Both the position numbers and the translations under genes were made by a program. Positions 60,354 to 64,000 of a stretch of 64,000 bases of DNA are shown here, piece after piece. A model generated the notes under the pieces. That model was not told the origin of the DNA. It worked only from the letters and a program-made list of their open reading frames with translations, and did no database searches. Source of the DNA: Woeseiaceae bacterium (lineage in GTDB: Bacteria > Pseudomonadota > Gammaproteobacteria > Steroidobacterales > Woeseiaceae); the NCBI GenBank assembly GCA_035655155.1, contig DASRVH010000107.1:25814-89813 (forward strand). Reading direction: 5' to 3'. How positions within the stretch are numbered: the first letter of the stretch is position 1; every line of letters starts with the position of its first letter.

Positions 60354-61256
60354 ATGCAGAGCGAAATCCCGCGGCTGAAGATCGCCATCCAGAAATCCGG
60401 CCGTCTGACCGAGCACTGTCTCGATCTGCTGTCCCGGTGCGGACTGAAGTACACCCAGAGCAAGGACCAGTTGTTCTGCTTCGGCGAGAACATGCCCATC
60501 GATATCCTGCTGGTGCGCGACGACGACATCCCGGGCCTGGTCGCCGACGACGTCTGCGACCTGGGCATCGCGGGGCTGAACGTGATCCACGAGAAGCGTC
60601 TGCACGGCGACGGCAATGGAGCCCTGTCCAACTTCGAAGTCATCCGCGGGCTGGACTTCGGCCACTGCCGGCTGTGCATCGCCGCTCCCGACGACCTGCC
60701 CTACGAGGGCCCGGCCTCCCTCGCCGGCCGGCGCATCGCGACCAGCTACCCGGGGGTCCTCGCGGGTTTTCTGCGCGAGGCCGGCATCGACGCCGAGATC
60801 GTCCACTTCTCCGGCGCGGTGGAGATCGCCCCCCGGCTGGGACGGGCCGACTTCATCTGCGACCTGGTGTCGACCGGCTCTACCCTCGCCGCCAATCAGC
60901 TGCGCGAGGTGGAGACCGTGCTCGAGAGCGAGGCGGCCCTGATCCGCACCGCCGCCGAACTGCCGCCGGCGAAGATCGAGTGGATCGAGCGCCTGCTGAT
61001 GCGCATCGAGGGCGTGCAGCAGGTGCGCGAGAGCAAGTACATCATGCTGCATGCGCCGCGCAGCGCGCTGGCCGAGATCACGCGGCTGCTGCCGGGATCC
61101 GAGGCGCCCACCATCCTGCCTCTGGAGGGGCGCGAGGACCGTGTGGCCGTGCATGCGGTATGCCGCGAGAATGTATTCTGGGAGACCCTCGAGAACCTGA
61201 AGGAGGCCGGCGCCAGCGCCATGCTGGTGCTGCCGGTCGAGAAGATGCTCGCCTGA
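60354..61256 (+). CDS. hisG: ATP phosphoribosyltransferase, long form
   Basis: 300 aa. LKIAIQKSGRLTE, DILLVRDDDIPGLV and DLVSTGSTLAANQL, with the C-terminal regulatory domain present. Confidence 0.95.
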   Translation: MQSEIPRLKIAIQKSGRLTEHCLDLLSRCGLKYTQSKDQLFCFGENMPIDILLVRDDDIPGLVADDVCDLGIAGLNVIHEKRLHGDGNGALSNFEVIRGLDFGHCRLCIAAPDDLPYEGPASLAGRRIATSYPGVLAGFLREAGIDAEIVHFSGAVEIAPRLGRADFICDLVSTGSTLAANQLREVETVLESEAALIRTAAELPPAKIEWIERLLMRIEGVQQVRESKYIMLHAPRSALAEITRLLPGSEAPTILPLEGREDRVAVHAVCRENVFWETLENLKEAGASAMLVLPVEKMLA

Positions 61257-61285
61257 CGCGGAGTCCACCGAAAACGGAGCCGACC

Positions 61286-62605
61286 ATGTCCCTGACCCTT
61301 TATCGATGGAAAGATCTCGACGATGCGAAGCGCGAGGACCTGCTCAGACGGCCGGCGGTCGCAGCCGGCGCCTCGGTGGATGCCACCGTGCGCGAGATAC
61401 TGGCCGCGGTGCGCGCCGACGGCGATGCCGCCGTGCGCCGCCTGACCCGCGAGCTGGACCGCGCCGACGTCGACGAACCGCGCGTGCCGGAGGAAGCCTT
61501 CACGGCCGCCGAGGCTGGGCTCGGCCGCGAGGCGGTCGCCGCCATCGACCGTGCCATCGAGACCGTCGAGAGCTTCCATCGCGCCCAGCTGCCGCAGCCG
61601 GTGCGGGTGGAGACCGCGCCGGGCGTGGTCTGCGAGCGGCTCAGCCATCCCCTGGACGCGGTCGGGCTGTACGTGCCGGCCGGTACGGCTCCCCTGCCCT
61701 CCGCCGCCATCATGCTGGCCGTGCCGGCGACGATCGCCGGGTGCCCGGAGCGCATCCTATGCACGCCGCCGCGCCCGGACGGCACGGCGGACCCGGCGGT
61801 GCTGGTGGCCGCACGGCGCTCCGGTGCCACCGCCGTCTACCGCATGGGCGGGGCGCAGGCGGTCGCCGCCATGGCCTACGGCACCGAATCCGTCCCGCGG
61901 GTGAACAAGATCTTCGGCCCCGGCAACGCCTGGGTCACGGCGGCCAAGAGCCTGGTGGCCGCGGACCCGGACGGCGCCGCCCTGGACATGCCGGCGGGAC
62001 CCTCCGAGGTGCTGGTCATCGCCGACGGCGACGCGGACCCGGCGTTCGTGGCCTCGGACCTGCTGTCCCAGGCGGAACACGGCCCGGATTCCCAGGTCTT
62101 CCTGGTGACGCCGGACGCCGCGCTGGCTGAAGCCGTTGCCGCCGCGCTCGAAGAACAGACCGCGGCGCTGGGCCGGGGCAGCATCGTGCGCGAGGCCCTG
62201 TCCCACAGCGCCGTCATCATCGTCGAGGACCTGGCCGAGGCCGTGCGGGTCAGCAACGCGTATGCGCCGGAGCACCTGATCGTGCAGGCGGCGGACGCCC
62301 GCAGCTGGCTGCCCCGCATCCGCAATGCCGGTTCGGTGTTCCTGGGCCCATGGACGCCCGAGTCCATGGGTGATTACTGCAGCGGCACCAACCACGTGCT
62401 GCCCACCTATGGTTACGCCCGCACCTACAGCGGTCTCGGCGTCGACCAGTTCCTGCGCCACATGACGGTGCAGGAGCTGACTGCGGCCGGGCTGGAGGGG
62501 CTCGGCCCCACCGCCGTGACCCTGGCGGGCCTCGAGGGGCTGGACGCCCATGCGCGGGCGGTCACGCTGCGCCTCGAGAAAATACGCCGGCGGACGGTCG
62601 CATGA
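61286..62605 (+). CDS. hisD: Histidinol dehydrogenase
   Basis: From ATG 61286 ([12 protein letters not shown]...). [28 protein letters not shown] and APEHL, HVLPT. The 60437 track ORF is a frame-fused shadow over hisG. Confidence 0.95.
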   Translation: MSLTLYRWKDLDDAKREDLLRRPAVAAGASVDATVREILAAVRADGDAAVRRLTRELDRADVDEPRVPEEAFTAAEAGLGREAVAAIDRAIETVESFHRAQLPQPVRVETAPGVVCERLSHPLDAVGLYVPAGTAPLPSAAIMLAVPATIAGCPERILCTPPRPDGTADPAVLVAARRSGATAVYRMGGAQAVAAMAYGTESVPRVNKIFGPGNAWVTAAKSLVAADPDGAALDMPAGPSEVLVIADGDADPAFVASDLLSQAEHGPDSQVFLVTPDAALAEAVAAALEEQTAALGRGSIVREALSHSAVIIVEDLAEAVRVSNAYAPEHLIVQAADARSWLPRIRNAGSVFLGPWTPESMGDYCSGTNHVLPTYGYARTYSGLGVDQFLRHMTVQELTAAGLEGLGPTAVTLAGLEGLDAHARAVTLRLEKIRRRTVA

Positions 62606-63675
62606 GCGACGCGGTGCTCGCACTCGCGCGGCCGGAGATCCGGGCGCTGCAAGCGTACGAGCCGGCCGGCTATGCGCCGGACGCCGTGCGTCTCAACGCC
62701 AACGAGGCGCCCTGGCGTGCGGGCGGGGACGCGAGCGAGCGTGGCCTGAACCGCTATCCCGAGGCCCGGCCGGGCGCGCTGACCGCCCTGCTCGCCGACC
62801 ACTACGGGGCCAGCCCGGAGGAGACCTTCGTCACCCGCGGGACCAGCGAGGCGATCGACCTGCTGATCCGCTGCTTCTGCCGCCCCGGACTGGACGACGT
62901 CGTGATCTGCCCGCCGACTTTCGGCATGTATCAGGTCTACGCCGACATCCAGAACGCAGGCGTGCGGCGGGTGCCGCTGCTCGTCCCGGAATTCCGCATC
63001 GATGCGGAGAGCATCCTGGCGGGCTGGGACGAACGCTGCCGTCTGTTGTTCCTGACCTCGCCCAACAACCCCACGGGCAACAGCTTCCCCCCGGCAACGA
63101 TCGCCGGGCTCTGCGAGGGGCTCGCCGGCCGCGGGCTGGTGGTGCTGGATGCGGCCTACGTGGAATTCGGCGACGAGGATCCCTGCCCGGCCCTGCTGGC
63201 GGCACACGACAACCTCGTGGTGCTGCGGACCCTGTCGAAGGCCTATGGCCTCGCCGGCGCCCGCTGCGGCGTCGCCCTCGGCCGGCCCGCCGTCGTGCGC
63301 CTCCTGGGCAAGGTGATGCCGCCCTACGCCATCCCGACGCCGACGGTGGAGGCAGCCACCGCCGCAGTCGTGAACGAGTCTTTCCGCATCATGCCCGAGC
63401 GCATCCGCGCTCTCTGCGACGAGCGCGAGCGGGTCCGCGCGGCGCTGGAGGCATGCCCGGGCGTCGTCAAGGTATGGCCGAGCGACGCCAACTTCCTGCT
63501 GGTGCGGTTCCGCGACAGCGCCGATGCCCTCGCCCGCGCCCGCAGCGCCGGCCTGCTGCTGCGGGACTTCGGCGGCCAACCGGGCCTCGAGAACTGCCTG
63601 CGCATCACCATCGGCGAGGCCGCGGACAACGACCGGCTGCTGGCGGCACTCGACCGCCAGGCGGTGCGCGCATGA
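62602..63675 (+). CDS. hisC: Histidinol-phosphate aminotransferase
   Basis: The ATG overlaps the hisD stop (ATGA). 357 aa. [16 protein letters not shown] and [15 protein letters not shown] (PLP lysine). Confidence 0.95.
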   Translation: MSDAVLALARPEIRALQAYEPAGYAPDAVRLNANEAPWRAGGDASERGLNRYPEARPGALTALLADHYGASPEETFVTRGTSEAIDLLIRCFCRPGLDDVVICPPTFGMYQVYADIQNAGVRRVPLLVPEFRIDAESILAGWDERCRLLFLTSPNNPTGNSFPPATIAGLCEGLAGRGLVVLDAAYVEFGDEDPCPALLAAHDNLVVLRTLSKAYGLAGARCGVALGRPAVVRLLGKVMPPYAIPTPTVEAATAAVVNESFRIMPERIRALCDERERVRAALEACPGVVKVWPSDANFLLVRFRDSADALARARSAGLLLRDFGGQPGLENCLRITIGEAADNDRLLAALDRQAVRA

Positions 63676-64000
63676 GCGGGCTGCGGGTCCTGTTCGTCGA
63701 CCGGGACGGCACGCTGATCGAGGAGCCTGCCGACGAGCAGGTGGACCGTCTCGACAAGGTGCGCCTCGTCCCCGGCGTCTTCCCGGCGCTGCTGCGCCTG
63801 AAGGCGGCGGGCTATCGCTTCGTGCTGGTCTCCAACCAGGACGGCCTCGGCACCGAGTCCTTCCCCGAGGACGACTTCCGCGTGCCCCACGAGCACATGC
63901 GCGCGCTGTTCGCCAGCCAGGGGATCACATTCGACGAGGAGTTCATCTGCCCGCACTTCGAGACGGACGGCTGCGCCTGCCGCAAGCCCGCCACCGGGCT
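63672..64000 (+). CDS. hisB: Bifunctional histidinol-phosphatase / imidazoleglycerol-phosphate dehydratase, 3'-truncated by the window edge
   Basis: ATG 63672 overlaps the hisC stop (ATGA). The translation is [19 protein letters not shown]...VSNQDGLG...[14 protein letters not shown], the HAD-type histidinol-phosphatase N-domain of fused HisB. It is open to the window end and absent from the ORF track because no stop is reached. Confidence 0.85.
   Translation, partial: MSGLRVLFVDRDGTLIEEPADEQVDRLDKVRLVPGVFPALLRLKAAGYRFVLVSNQDGLGTESFPEDDFRVPHEHMRALFASQGITFDEEFICPHFETDGCACRKPATG

Overview
High-GC (by eye about two-thirds G+C) gammaproteobacterial-type chromosomal core region. I saw no rRNA, tRNA, CRISPR array, IS element or transposase, prophage or recognisable defence system. 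Coding density is high. Most long ORFs in the six-frame track are Arg/Ala/Gly/Pro-rich antisense or out-of-frame shadows typical of GC-rich DNA.

Gene order:
- 1-5.5 kb: distal part of a type II secretion operon, gspG (5'-truncated) through gspN, with stop/start overlaps.
- 5.4-11.5 kb: AddA/AddB-type helicase-nuclease pair.
- 11.6-12.8 kb: alaA-like aminotransferase.
- 13.5-18.7 kb: acyl-CoA catabolic operon (MaoC hydratase, acyl-CoA dehydrogenase, family III CoA-transferase, unknown protein, MFS transporter).
- 18.8-26.5 kb: YciI, FAD-linked oxidase, small secreted protein, rhodanese, etfBA, membrane protein / NADPH oxidoreductase / Prx5 peroxiredoxin.
- 26.6-30.9 kb: split TRAP transporter (dctQM divergent from GST-dctP), then an AhpD-like protein.
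- 30.9-41.6 kb: GntR-flanked catabolic island (HyuA/HyuB ATP-dependent ring-opening amidohydrolase, HMG-CoA-lyase-like, second family III CoA-transferase, isochorismatase-like hydrolase, VOC protein, acyl-CoA dehydrogenase).
- 41.6-47.3 kb: 2Fe-2S ferredoxin and a Vibrio TonB2-type six-gene energy-transduction cluster.
- 47.6-50.0 kb: another acyl-CoA dehydrogenase and a quinone oxidoreductase.
- 50.1-64.0 kb: three adjacent amino-acid biosynthetic operons, leuA-ilvE-leuCDB, metB-metY-metX and hisR-like-hisGDCB.

The most interesting signals are non-coding. They are a Leu-rich leader peptide plus attenuator upstream of leuA, a SAM-I riboswitch with an SD-sequestering helix upstream of metB, a 9-bp-arm palindrome over the predicted promoter of a TrpR/YerC-like gene heading the his operon, and twin TTGTATACA boxes over both divergent promoters of the catabolic island.

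I find no convincing evidence for a wholly new system. The best candidates for undescribed biology are the two CoA-dependent catabolic clusters, their unknown-function members and a duplicated membrane protein family.
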